DNA of 63,878 bases, filler included, from Octopus bimaculoides (Eukaryota): assembly GCF_001194135.2 (NCBI RefSeq). It is 7 parts of 5 records of this genome, joined end to end, with 100 filler letters (N's around TTAATTAATTAA, not from the genome) between each part and the next. Parts side by side here need not be neighbours in the genome. Positions count along the whole stretch, not along the records: positions 47,260 to 55,381 come from NC_068983.1; positions 55,482 to 61,579 come from NC_068981.1; positions 61,680 to 63,878 come from NC_069010.1; 4 more parts are not named here. One strand, given 5' to 3'. The notes beneath the pieces were generated by a model that did not search any database, was not told the DNA's origin, and saw only the letters and a list, made by a program, of their open reading frames with translations. The position numbers and the translations under genes are program-made. Shown here in pieces: positions 51,050 to 63,878 of the stretch (its first letter is position 1; every line of letters begins with the position of its first letter).

Positions 51050-51355
51050 TGGAGACGCAATGGCGCAGTGATTAGGGCAGCGGACTCGCGGTCTGAGGAT
51101 CGCGGTTTCGATTCCCAGGCCGGGCGTTGTGTGTGTTTATTGAGCGAAAACACCTAAATGTTGCTGTACTAAATACCACGTGAAGGCGCATGGCTAGGTG
51201 GCTAGGGTATTCGGCTCACGGCCATAAGGTCATGAGTTCAATTCTTGGCGGCGCGTTGAGTCCTTCAGCAAGACACTTTATTTCACGTTGCTGCAGTCCG
51301 CTCATCTGGCAAAAATTGAGTCGTACCTGTATTTCAAAGGGCCAGCCTTATCACA
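51050..51355 (+). mobile_element. Two adjacent tRNA-derived SINE heads
   Basis: TGGCGCAGTGA/GGTTTCGATTCC at 51061-51116 and TGGCTAGGTGG/GAGTTCAATTC at 51191-51245. Neither folds into a complete tRNA. Confidence 0.7.
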
Positions 51356-51668
51356 GGACACGGGCATCGATGGATTTGAACCAACTTCTGAGTGGATCAA
51401 CATCTCACACCTGCGCCCAGAATATAGGCAAGGCTGAGTATTTAAATAGATCGCTTTGCAAGAATAATGAGGTAGCGGGGTTCGTTCCCACAGCGTAGCA
51501 CCTTTGAAATCATATATATGCGTGCGCGCATGTGTGTGTGTGTGTGTGTGTGTGTGTAGGTNNNNNNNNNNACAGCGTAGCACCTTTGAAATCATATATA
51601 TGCGTGCGCGCATGTGTGTGTGTGTGTGTGTGTGTGTGTAGGTATATGCATTTATATGTGTGTGTATG

Positions 51669-51701
<33 letters not shown>

Positions 51702-52166
51702 TTACATACTACATACTCATACTTGAGATTGTGTGCGTGCCTGTGTCTATGTATGTACGTATGTATGCATGTGTATATATATATGTATATATATGTATAT
51801 ATATGTATACATGTATAATGAGAGAGAGAGAGATGTATGTGTTTGTGTGTGTGTGTATACTCGTATGTATGTATATATATATGTATCGGAGTAGGGTACT
51901 TCTGTGTATGTACGAATATACATATGCATAAATATACCTTCTTTATACATAAATACATGTATACGTACACACACACACATACATACATAATACATACATA
52001 CACACATACATGTGCGTGTGTGTGTGTATGAACTTTTCTTTATATACATGTATATGTACGCGTTAGCGTGCGTGCTTCCGTGCTTGATTATAATAAATAT
52101 TATTAAATGTCTAACGGAAACTGATAGTGTGATCATATTGGACGATTTGTTAATTCTGACCACACC

Positions 52167-52197
<31 letters not shown>

Positions 52198-52324
52198 GAA
52201 AAAACAAGAAAAAAGAATCCTTAGGAATTTGGCTGCATTGCCACTAAAGTTGTAGAAAACTCTGTCAGTAAAATTCCTGTAACCATATCCATAAAATTAT
52301 AGAAGGTATACTCTTTTACTCTTT

Positions 52325-52515
52325 TACTCTTTTATTTGTTTCAGTAATTTGCCTTTAGTCGAAGAAATCGACCCCAGGACTTATTCTTTGTAAGCCTAGT
52401 ACTTATTCTTTCGGTCTCTTTTGCCGAATGCTAAGTTATGGGGATGTAAACACACCAGCATCGGTTGTCAAGCGATGTTGGGGTGACAAACACAGAAACA
52501 CAAACATACACACAC

Positions 52516-52546
<31 letters not shown>

Positions 52547-52697
52547 CGACGGGCTTCTTTCAGTTTCTGTCTACCAAATCCACTCACAAGGCTTTGGTCG
52601 GGTCGAGGCTATAGTTGAAGACAATGTGCCACGCAGCGGGACTCAATCTGGAACCATGTGATTGGTAAGCAAGCTACTTACCACACAGCCACTCCTA
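52325..52697 (-). mobile_element. SINE family A
   Basis: Reverse-complement copy. Confidence 0.85.
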
Positions 52698-53982
52698 CAT
52701 AATCTATCAGAAAACTACAAATTATTTACAACTGAGATTCCTTTCCGTTAGCTATAAGTCTAGGTACTCCTTGTGGTTATATTTTCTTCAGTTTCATCCA
52801 TATTTTCGGCGTTCTGTATGGCCAACTTTGAAAAAAACCTAGGTTATAACGATATCATATATATGCAGTAAGTCGATGAATATTCATTGAGACGAACATG
52901 CAAAGACAGACAGTCAAATTTAAAGGAAATCTCGAAAATAATTTCATCCTCAAATTGTTATAACTGCTGATGTGTGCCTCCTATCGAATTTCCGAAAAAC
53001 TGATATTTTCTCAAAAATTTTCAACAGAAACATTTCGGATGATGTAGATTACGATACTTGATGTGCAAAAAAAAAAAAAAAAAGGTGTGTGTGTGTGTGT
53101 GAAATGGGTGGATAGTAATTCACACATCTTATCAAAACTCATGAAGAAACAAAGTCGACGCACGTGGATTACTCGACTTCTACCCAAATTTTTTCTCACA
53201 TCAAATATCGACACAATCGTATACACCATCTGAAAAGTATTTGTAGAAAATTTTTATTAAAAAATATTTTTTCAGTTATAAGAATGTTATGAGGAGCAAG
53301 TCGAGGTGTGTGAAATGTGTCTCTGGAAGGTTTGAGTGATACTCAAGGTCCTTGCTCGAGATCACGTGTTCAAATTCAACATCAGAAATACTTTTTTTTA
53401 TGTTACGAATAGTAAGATCCATCATTTGATAGGATTTTGTCGAACTCTTTCATTGAACCAAGTTTAATATGGAGCGGAGATAACAGCCCCACTTCTTATT
53501 CTTGATTTATCTCGCTAAATCTGATGAGATTTTTTCCTGTTTGGTCATTCTTTCTGATTAATTGCTGGTAGAGACACCGTACTTCATTATGCAACCATGA
53601 TATACCAACAAATATATTAAAAGCTTATAAGTCAATACAGTATCCTACCTGTGTTAGCAGTGCGATTCAATCCCTTTTTAAAGTTATCTCTACTGATTGT
53701 CTATAAAAACTAGAGCCAGCTCTGAAATTAACGACGTAAACAATGCGATGGCCACTTATATTAGTGTAATAAACTAAAAATCCGTTTTTCTTGAAACGTG
53801 CAGCAAACGCTTTTTCGCTTATTTCGATAATAAGATAAAATATAAGTTATATAGCCATCAGTATAGCATAATTCATATGTACACACTGTCGATAGGTCGG
53901 TTACTGCAGTATTTGTCTTAAGATAGGATTTTGTCTGGGGCCTTGATGAATGCCATGAGACAGGAAAGTATACTAGTCCTTA

Positions 53983-54067
53983 TATATTCAATACTCTATA
54001 TTTAATACTCAATATTTCATATATTCAATACTCTATATTTAATACTCAATATTTCATATATTCAATA
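53983..54067. repeat. 37-bp AT-rich tandem repeat, about 2.3 copies
   Basis: ATATTCAATACTCTATATTTAATACTCAATATTTCAT is repeated. Confidence 0.85.
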
Positions 54068-54653
54068 AGACATTCAATACTTCATTTCATTTTACTATTT
54101 ATATTATATATTTCATATTCTATATCCCACATTAATTTTATAAGAATATAAATAGAACATAAAAAACAGAGTTGGAACTCTTTTAAATAATATATTCCCC
54201 TATACACGATCATACAAAACCCTTTTTTATATATCTTTATTTTTATTTTTATTCACACACACNNNNNNNNNNNNNNNNNNNNNNNNNNNNNNNNNNNNNN
54301 NNNNNNNNNNNNNNNNNNNNNNNNNNNNNNNNNNNNNNNNNNNNNNNNNNNNNNNNNNNNNNNNNNNNNNNNNNNNNNNNNNNNNNNNNNNNNNNNNNNN
54401 NNNNNNNNNNNNNNNNNNNNNNNNNNNNNNNNNNNNNNNNNNNNNNNNNNNNNNNNNNNNNNNNNNNNNNNNNNNNNNNNNNNNNNNNNNNNNNNNNNNN
54501 NNNNNNNNNNNNNNNNNNNNNNNNNNNNNNNNNNNNNNNNNNNNNNNNNNNNNNNNNNNNNNNNNNNNNNNNNNNNNNNNNNNNTATATATATATATATA
54601 TATACACGATCATACAAAACCCTTTTTTATATATCTTTATTTTTATTTTTATT

Positions 54654-54684
<31 letters not shown>

Positions 54685-54769
54685 GTGTGTGTGTGTGTAT
54701 GTGTGTGTGTAAATACATACGTATATATTTATATGGTTCAAAACTGTGCAAAAAGCTAAAAGCAAAAGA

Positions 54770-54885
54770 GAGAGACAAGTGAGGGAACAACAAACAAGAT
54801 GTATGAGTTTGACGCTGAAGAAAAATAGAAGAGTTTTTGACGTTTCGAGCCTACGTTCTTTTACAGAAAGGAGTGAGGAGAAAAT
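54770..54885 (-). mobile_element. PLE-type tail with degenerate hammerhead (family of 275-395)
   Basis: Minus strand CTGTAAA-A-GAAC-GTAG-GCTC-GAAA-CGTC-AAAAAC. Confidence 0.5.
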
Positions 54886-54953
54886 AACGTCTGGTATACA
54901 TACATACATACATACATACATACCTACATACATACATACATACATACATACAT

Positions 54954-55006
<53 letters not shown>

Positions 55007-55073
55007 CATGTATATATAAGTGTGTATATATATACATATATTATATATATATATTTATATATATATATGTATA

Positions 55074-55164
55074 CTAGCAGAAATACCCGGCGTTGCCCGG
55101 GTTAAAGAGAATAATGAAATCTAAAAACGCCGTCTAGACTACGCATCATCTTTATATATAGAGA
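55074..55164 (-). mobile_element. 91-bp complete mini-Helitron
   Basis: A^TCTCTATATATAAAG...ACCCGG-GCAACG-CCGGGT-ATTTCTGCTAG^T: 5' TC, subterminal hairpin, 3' CTAG, inserted between A and T with no TSD. Confidence 0.8.
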
Positions 55165-55481
55165 TGTATATACACACACGCACCCAAACACACGTATATA
55201 TATGTATATCAATATAAATATATGAAAGTCAATGAAGTTTCGTAAAAGAAGGTGATCATGTACATACTTTCTTGCTGTTGTGATTATAACACCACATTGT
55301 AAACTATGTTCCTTGTTTTCCCTTGTGGAGCATATACAAATAGGTTTTTTGTTGCTGCCCACTCTTGAGCAGCCAACATACNNNNNNNNNNNNNNNNNNN
55401 NNNNNNNNNNNNNNNNNNNNNNNNNTTAATTAATTAANNNNNNNNNNNNNNNNNNNNNNNNNNNNNNNNNNNNNNNNNNNN

Positions 55482-55627
55482 GGACGTTAAACGATGATGA
55501 TGATGATGATGATATATATATATAACCCTGCCAAATCAGATTGGAGCCTGGTGTAGCCATCTGGTTTCACCAGTACTCAGTCAAATCGTCCAACCCATGC
55601 TAGCATGGAAAGAGGACGTTAAACGAA

Positions 55628-55670
<43 letters not shown>
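55482..55670 (+). mobile_element. (GAT)n-tailed RTE-3'/SINE ends, two tails
   Basis: AACCCATGCTAGCATGGAAAGAGGACGTTAAACGA(TGA)n. Confidence 0.8.
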
Positions 55671-55672
<2 letters not shown>

Positions 55673-57799
55673 ATATATATATATATATATGTAATAGGCT
55701 TTTACTTTTTGTTATTAGGCTCGAAGACATTAAAGGATAAGGGCAGGGCAGTCAGTCCTTACAAAAGTGCAATGAATGAATAATAGATATCACAACTATT
55801 ACAGCAAATTGTGTTCAGTGATGTGTGACAAACATGTATGCTTCTTGATCAGCTGAAACTGATTTAATTTTGCTTTCTTTTCAGTTGATCTGTTTACCTC
55901 ACTTACGCTAGTAATGTTGAAGGGCTGGGCATGAATGCTACTTTATCCTGTTCTCTACCCCTTTGCTTCCATAGACTACAGAAACTATGTTGCATTAAAA
56001 GAAACCTGTAAACCTGTATGTCAACATTTTAAAGTGACATGTATTTAAGGTCATGAATTGAACCGGAGGTAAATATTTTTGCTATTTAGATATACTATGG
56101 AATAAGTTGTTGGGGGGCTTCAATATTAATTAATCTTCATCATCATCATCATTTAACGTCCATTTTTCATGCTGGCATGGGTTGGATGGTTTGTCAGAAG
56201 CTGGCAAGTGAGAGGGCTGCACTAGAGGGCTATACAAGTGCGTGATATCATGAACTCTCACACATCTTATGATTGAACCAGCTAGATTCATCTTACCTTG
56301 TGTTAATTTTTTATTTGTTTCAGTCACTGGAATGTGACCATGCTGGAGCACTGCTTTTCTTTAGTCAAACAAATCTATGACTGGATGATCTTCCTCACCC
56401 CAACCACTTTACAAAGTATACTGGGTGCTCTTACATGGTGCTGGCAAAGGTGCTTTTTTAATTAATCACAAAAGTAGAATGCTAAGACAAAACATTAATG
56501 ATACCATTATTATTCTATAGCGTGTCTAAATGACCAAAGTGTTTATCTCTAATTCAGTTTATGGCAACCAAATAGCAGAATATTAGCTTGTATTTTCATA
56601 TGTCCAAAGATGTTATGGTCCAAGTCCAATGAGAATGGCAACAGTTCCTTAATTTCCTTAAGATTTTATCAGTAAAAAAATCATATTTCCTAGTTTACTT
56701 AAGCATGAATTGTCTCATCTTTGGCACTTTTTCTTTCTTGGATAAGGCTAAGTCTCTTATAGAGGGGATATAAGGTGGGACAATTATCAAGCTGTGAGTC
56801 AGAAACATATATTCACAACTATCCTCTTATCTCCAAGCAACAAGCTTGTCTACTGTTTATATTAGTCATACTGGTATCTTCATCTTGATTACTGCTTTCA
56901 CTACATTTCATGGAATTGCATTGTTCTTGTTCTGCTCTTTGTGTTTCATGACATTTTTTCCTTCAGTTGACTTTTTTTTGTGAATTACCATAGTGCTTTG
57001 CTTGGGATTGAACTCAGAAACTCTTTGGTAATTATGATTCATCCTTTTAAGTTTGAGATAATTTTAATACATCAATAATTTATGTATGGTATTTGATATA
57101 CCTGTATTTGTCTATGTTGTTCAAATACATGTTACTGGCCACTCTGAAATATTTCTCTTAGCTCATTTTGGTTAATGTTTATTGTCTATTTATAATACTT
57201 ATTTTTTATCTTTAGATTATCACTAATTGCTCTTCCCCTTCAGCTGAGACTTGTTTGATGGCAATTTCTCTTATATGCTTCTCTTTCTTTCTATGGTGTT
57301 ACGTGACTTGTCTTATTTAGTCTACTATAATTGGGGCAAACATGATTTCATCATCATCATCATTTAATATCTGCCTTCCATGCTGGCATGGGTTGGACGC
57401 TAATCATAATTCACTTGTAATCAACTAACGAGTGTGGTACTACATAGCAAGTTCTTATACAACCACTTGAAATGTGTGAATCAAATGCATTTGAAAATAT
57501 CAGGAATTGGTTTTGTGATTATTCTAATAATATATGACTTATGTTAATAACAATCTAGCCTATCTCTGCTAAGATAATATGATTATAATGGGTATTGGAG
57601 TAGAATGGTGATCTGGATGCTGAGTTGGAAATATTTGGTAAAGTGTACTCTATCAAGGCATACAACTGAATATATAAATTGATGACAAGAAAAGCATCTG
57701 ACTATACAAAATCTTCCTCCACAAGTTCTGTCCAACTCATGCAAGCATAGTAAACTGGACATTAAAATGATGATTATACACACACACACACCATATATA

Positions 57800-57980
57800 T
57801 CATCATTATTATTTAACATCTGGTCTCTATTCTGGCATGGGTTAGATGGTTTGACTGGAACTGATGAGCCGGAGAGCTGCACCAAGTTCTGATTTGGAAT
57901 GGTTTCTACGTTTGGATGACCTTCCTAATACCAACCACTCCAGGAGTGTAATAGGTGCTTTTATGTGCCACTGGCACAGG
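57800..57980 (-). mobile_element. (GAT)n-tailed RTE-3'/SINE fragment
   Basis: Reverse complement of the 14128-14820 family. Shorter pieces are at 13175-13235, 56130-56215, 57345-57400 and 60610-60740. Confidence 0.7.
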
Positions 57981-58194
57981 TATATGTATATATATACATG
58001 TTTGTGTGTGTGTGTTCATATATATATATATATATATTGTGTTCATCTATAGATCTTAGAATGTGCACATCTGATATGTGTAACCTTATCAGAACTCCTT
58101 ATATTAAATAGAATTACTATATGATCACAACTGTCTGATGAAGAGAACATGAAACTCTGAGTAACAATTTGTGAAGGTTCTGAAGCTTTAATAA

Positions 58195-58244
<50 letters not shown>

Positions 58245-59029
58245 ATGCGCATGCTGGTATGTCTGTATGTATGAATGAATGAAGCAGGTGATTACTTTAG
58301 TCACTACTTCAAGTTTCTTATTTTTGTGTGTTTGTTCATCTTATTGTGTGAAATAATGTACAAAAGTAAGAAACTCAGGGTACTTACTGGTTGAATAAGC
58401 TCTTCAACATGTTTTGAATAAGCTATTCTACATGTTTTGAATACTTAAGTACTCTTTTTGTTAATCTAAATACACATATGTCTACATTCATGCATCATAT
58501 ATTTTAAAGAGAGAGAGTGAGGACAGCAAGATAAAGGGATGCATAGATAAATGTAATTTCATTAGCAATGGCTACAGCTAGTCTGATGTTACCTTTGCAT
58601 GTCATGTTACATGGCCATAATTTTCATTATTGCAAATGAGCAGCATTTATGGAGATGTGGGTCATATATAAGTGAGTGATATCATGAACTCTAACACAAC
58701 TTATGATTGAACCAGCTAGATTCATCTTACCTCATGTTAATCTTTCATTTGTTTCAGTCACTGGAATGCGACCATGCTGGAGCACTGCTTTTCTTTAGTC
58801 AAACAAATCAACCCCAGTGCTTGTTTTAAGTTTGGTAGTTATTCTAATGGTCTCTTTTGCTGAACCACTAAGGTATATAGATGCAAACAAAACCAACACT
58901 AGTTGTCAAACAGTAGGTGTAATCTAAATTGAAACCGTCCCTCAAAATTTCAAGTTAATTTATGTTCCAAACGTCAGCTGAATAATTCTAATTTATGCTC
59001 AAGGCCAGCAAATTTATGAAGAAGGGGTT

Positions 59030-59190
59030 AAGTCAGTTGCATTGATTGTAGTACTGGACTGGTACTTTACTTCACTGACCCTAAGGGGATGAAAAGTAAA
59101 GTTGATCATAGCAGTATTTAAACACAGAACATAAAGAGTTGGAAGAAATGCCACTAAGCATTTTGTCCAACATGCTAATTTTGAACATTA
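59030..59190 (-). mobile_element. SINE family B, decayed
   Basis: Matches 30616-30848; another copy is at 60050-60185. Confidence 0.65.
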
Positions 59191-59194
59191 ATAG

Positions 59195-59650
59195 GCACAT
59201 GAGTAGCTGTGTGGTAAGTAGCTTGCTTACCAACCACAGGGTTCTGGGTTCAGTCCCACTGCATGGCACTTTGGGCAAATGTCTTCAACTATAGCGTCGA
59301 ACCGACCAAAGTCAATGGATTTGGTAGACGGAAACTGAAAGAAGCCTGTATACACACATACATACATATGTGTGTGTGTGTGCACGCGTGTGCATGTGTG
59401 TTTGTTTGTGTGTGTCTGCGTGTGTGTGCGTGTGCATGTATATGTTTGTGTGTCTGTGTTTGTCCCCCCACCATCACTTGGCAACCGATGCTGGTGTGTT
59501 TATGTCCCCATAATTTAACAGTTCAGCAAAAGAGACCAATAGAATAAGTACTAGGCTTACAAAGAATAAGTCTTGGGGTCGATTTGCTCGACTAAAGGTG
59601 GTGCTCTAGCATAGCCGCAGTCAAATGACTGAAACAAATAAAAGAGTAAA
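59195..59650 (+). mobile_element. SINE family A, full length
   Basis: Head to tail CAGTC-AAAT-GACTGAAACAAATAAAAGAG. Confidence 0.88.
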
Positions 59651-59669
59651 AAAGAGTATTAATGGTCAC

Positions 59670-60050
59670 AAATTGTCTAGCTGATCATTCATTTTCTCAG
59701 TTGATGTATATTAAAAATCCCATCAGAACAGCAATGCAACAAAGCTGGCTGGATGCCTTATGTCTACTAAATATACAAGCAATTGTATTACATAAAATTA
59801 ATTTTGAGAATCTGATCAAAGACTTTGCAATTAAAAATAAGTAGGTGAAAACTTTTCAAACATAAACAAAATGGAGATATACAAAAATAAACATTATTTG
59901 CCATCTTACTGTTAGTTGTGTTTCATTATGAAAAATACAAATTTATTTCATGGATTATTTTTGTTGTTTATATTTTGAATTATGTATATGTGGGGGCACC
60001 GAAATCTTTTAAGTGCTTAGGGCCTCTATAGGTCTTAATATGGCCCAGCC
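59670..60050 (+). mobile_element. hAT transposase dimerisation-domain remnant and 3' end
   Basis: HSFSQLMYIKNPIRTAMQQSWLDALCLLNIQAIVLHKINFENLIKDFAIK; the terminus GGGCCTCTATAGGTCTTAATATGGCCC follows. Confidence 0.7.
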
Positions 60051-60191
60051 CCAGTGCTCAACTTGGGACATATTTTATTCTCCCCCAAAAGGATGAAAGG
60101 CTAAGTTGACCTTGGTGGAATTCGAACTAAGAACATGAAGATGGATGAAATGTTGTTAAGCATTTTGCCCAGTATGCTAACAATAATGATG

Positions 60192-60242
<51 letters not shown>

Positions 60243-61272
60243 TCGCTGTGAAAACAACATCCATTCATGAATTTATTTATTTTTTAATTTTTAAAAAAAA
60301 TACATATTTTACCTGTGAATTTGCGTGTGTAAACTGGGAATGCATACAATGAGCTTCTCTGCCCTAGGTGTACGGAAAACACTCGGCAAGAAATGGAAGA
60401 AAATTTGAAGAAAGGAGAAAAAAGAAAAAACATAATAATAATAATAATATCACTGCTTGAAAAATAAGGAGTGTTACCTTAGTTCACTGGTAGTGAACAG
60501 CTAGTACCATAGTACATCTCCAGCATTAGAAGCAGTGCAAAGACAATAAATAACAACAACAACAACAACAATAATAATCAGCATCACGAAACCCATCATC
60601 ACTACCATCATCATCATCATCATTTAGCATCCATTTTCGATACTGGCATAGATTGGAGGGTGCAAGAGGAGCTGGTGAGCCAGAGAATTATACCAAGCTC
60701 CACTGGCATGATTTCTACAGCTGAATGCCCTTCCTAACACCATAAGTAATACAATGTATGTGACACATACTATGATGAAATTTACTTCTCCATGTTACCT
60801 CTTAACAGAACATGAATGTCTGAATGGACAAGCGAGCAAAAGGTTATCGGTTTGTTATTCTGTAACTAAAAACTGCATTGTGTTTGAGGCTGAAATGTTT
60901 AACTCTCAACAGCTTAAATCTGCCTATATAAAAGCAAGATGACTTTGAAAATATAAATAAAAGAAAGAGAGAAGGACGGAGTGAGGTGATATTATTACAT
61001 ATACATATTGTACATTGACCTACCAAATCAATATTGTTGCATATTGAAGATTTGCACATCAAAGTTGAAATACTTAGTATTTAACTATGATTCAATAAAC
61101 AGAAATCAAGACTTCTAAAAAGTCAGATACATTACATATGTACACACACTCACACACACAACAACACTCAGACATATATAATTTTTACTAGTTTCAGTCA
61201 TTTTGTATGTATGCATACTATATGCACATTTATATATGCATAATGTACATGAAATTATATATATATGTGTTC

Positions 61273-61341
<69 letters not shown>

Positions 61342-61524
61342 AATACACACACACATACACACCTGTTTAGTGTTGACAGCTGAGCAAAAGAATACTTGAT
61401 ACCATTGTAGATATTAATAACATTTTACTTGAGTCAGTATTTTGCAAGATCCTGTGCACCCACAGTAAAACTCAGAGTAGCAAGAGATTAACTTGACCAT
61501 AAGAAAATAATATCAGATCATGTG

Positions 61525-61579
<55 letters not shown>

Positions 61580-61704
61580 NNNNNNNNNNNNNNNNNNNNN
61601 NNNNNNNNNNNNNNNNNNNNNNNTTAATTAATTAANNNNNNNNNNNNNNNNNNNNNNNNNNNNNNNNNNNNNNNNNNNNATATATATATATATATATATA
61701 AAAT

Positions 61705-62289
61705 CTGGTGGTGTGAGTCATAGCTTAGTCACCCGTATTGTAAACCAGGTAGTTCATAAAAGAATCATACCCATTGACTGGCATAGTCAGCTCCTACAAA
61801 GGCAAAGGTGATGCTTTAGATAGAAATAACTACAGGGGTATCAAACTGGTGGATCAAGCGATGAAGGTCCCAGAGAGGATCACAGCCCAACTAATTAGGG
61901 AGAGAGTTTGCTTAGATGAGATGCAGTTCAGTTTTGTGCCAGGTAGAAGCACCACTGATGCTATGTTCCTGGTGTGGCAACTGCAGGAGAAATACCTAGC
62001 CAAAGACAAACCACTATATTTGGCTTTTGTTAACTTAGTGAAAGCCTTTTACAGGGTCCCCCGATCCCTTATCTGGTGAGCGATGTGGAAACTGGGGATT
62101 GATGAGTGGTTAATAAAAGCTGTACAGGCCTAGTACAGATATGCTGTTAGTAAGGTAAGGGTTGGCAATGAGTATAGCGAATAATTCTGGGTAGAAGTAG
62201 GGGTTCATCAAGGATCAGCCCTCAACCCCCTCATATTCATCATAATCCTCCAGGCAATAACAGAGGAGTTCAAGACAGGCTGCCTCTGN
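61705..62289 (+). mobile_element. RTE-clade LINE reverse transcriptase fragment
   Basis: YKGKGDALDRNNYRGIKL...QFSFVPGRSTTDA...AFVNLVKAFYRVPR...VGVHQGSALNPLIFII, with stops. Confidence 0.9.
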
Positions 62290-63771
62290 NNNNNNNNNNN
62301 NNNNNNNNNNNNNNNNNNNNNNNNNNNNNNNNNNNNNNNNNNNNNNNNNNNNNNNNNNNNNNNNNNNNNNNNNNNNNNNNNNNNNNNNNNNNNNNNNNNN
62401 NNNNNNNNNNNNNNNNNNNNNNNNNNNNNNNNNNNNNNNNNNNNNNNNNNNNNNNNNNNNNNNNNNNNNNNNNNNNNNNNNNNNNNNNNNNNNNNNNNNN
62501 NNNNNNNNNNNNNNNNNNNNNNNNNNNNNNNNNNNNNNNNNNNNNNNNNNNNNNNNNNNNNNNNNNNNNNNNNNNNNNNNNNNNNNNNNNNNNNNNNNNN
62601 NNNNNNNNNNNNNNNNNNNNNNNNNNNNNNNNNNNNNNNNNNNNNNNNNNNNNNNNNNNNNNNNNNNNNNNNNNNNNNNNNNNNNNNNNNNNNNNNNNNN
62701 NNNNNNNNNNNNNNNNNNNNNNNNNNNNNNNNNNNNNNNNNNNNNNNNNNNNNNNNNNNNNNNNNNNNNNNNNNNNNNNNNNNNNNNNNNNNNNNNNNNN
62801 NNNNNNNNNNNNNNNNNNNNNNNNNNNNNNNNNNNNNNNNNNNNNNNNNNNNNNNNNNNNNNNNNNNNNNNNNNNNNNNNNNNNNNNNNNNNNNNNNNNN
62901 NNNNNNNNNNNNNNNNNNNNNNNNNNNNNNNNNNNNNNNNNNNNNNNNNNNNNNNNNNNNNNNNNNNNNNNNNNNNNNNNNNNNNNNNNNNNNNNNNNNN
63001 NNNNNNNNGCTCAGATATTGAGATTTAATAGCTATCGTATAAAAACAATGAGGACAAGATATCTCCCCTGGACCTGAGGATAAAAAACCTTTACAGTCTC
63101 ATAATAGCCTACCCAGCAAATAGGGGAGATCCTATTTTCCAGTAGGTATCACTTGAAATGGACACTTTTATTGAAAATTTCTTTATGATTAATTGATGTG
63201 CCAGGTTTAGCATAGTTCTAAAGAAGTTTGGTTCTGCCCGCAATGCAGATTTTGCAACGGTCCGGTCACTCTCATTAATATATGGGCCTGGATGTTCTAT
63301 TATTTTCTACCTGATATCACATGAGGCCCCTCGATCTTTGAGGTCCCCACATATGGCTGGCCAGGGATGTGACAAAATGACTTTCTGGAACTCAGAAGGA
63401 TAATTAGTGGTTGCGGAAGCAATGTTCGAAAGCTGCATTTGCTGATCTGATATTTTTACAAACTTGGGATGTGGCTATATTCGCACTCCTGATATATCTC
63501 TGATAGGCTCCAGGCCTGGGGATGCTGTTGGTCACACCATTTGGCGATGATGCTGCCACCGTTAGTGTGGGTGTGGCCTGTGATAACATGGTGCGGGGCT
63601 GGTCATCATCTATGGTGGTAATATTCGGAACGCTGGATACCTCCTCTGTGTTACTGGTTTCCTGATTGGTCATCTCTGAGTGTGGCAGTTGTACTGGTGG
63701 GTAACATATGATGCAGAGCTGGTCACTCTATATACATCTGACACAGGTCATATAACTTTACACATATGTAT

Positions 63772-63872
<101 letters not shown>

Positions 63873-63878
63873 ATCATC

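Noticed and set aside
51050-51125. Possible tRNA gene (also 33962, 46111, 30848)
   Set aside because: A/B boxes are present but acceptor and anticodon stems do not close, and SINE bodies follow.
51491-51642. Direct duplication across a 10-N gap
   Set aside because: Identical sequence on both sides of a tiny gap is typical of unmerged contig overlap.
53520-53560. CTGATGAG (also at 57866 and 44585)
   Set aside because: No matching helix II, GAAA or helix I; expected by chance.
54202-54662. About 60-bp direct repeat flanking a gap
   Set aside because: Most likely the same overlap artefact, since both copies end in the microsatellite that broke the assembly.
60754-61062. Short ORFs on both strands as host exons
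   Set aside because: No homology recognised and no coherent acceptor/donor pair with an open frame of note.

Overview
AT-rich, repeat-saturated eukaryotic draft-assembly DNA with roughly 6 kb of N. The SINE families, (TA)n/(CA)n load and RTE/CR1/Penelope mix suggest an octopus genome; this is an inference, not a database hit. One host-gene exon is recognisable: coding exon 1 of PDCD6/ALG-2 on the minus strand (19063-19118), inside a repeat-free promoter-like island. Nearly everything else is transposon debris: a near-full CR1-clade LINE with a CCCH-finger ORF1, RTE fragments, at least three lineages of Penelope-like elements (PLEs), Tc1, mariner, maT, pogo and hAT remnants, Helitrons (one OTU-protease-bearing, one 91-bp mini element) and many tRNA-derived SINEs. 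The strongest hidden signal is a set of about ten type I hammerhead ribozyme motifs from at least five unrelated sequence families, found by eye. All have a palindromic helix III (dimer-type). Four have intact catalytic cores, one has a 71-nt branched helix II, one sits behind a tRNA-like Pol III head, and several lie in elements with fold-back (inverted) ends. PLE-associated hammerheads are established in general; these specific octopus families and architectures may be undescribed. Six TTAATTAATTAA linkers inside 100-bp gaps are scaffold-join artefacts, so contiguity across them is not guaranteed.
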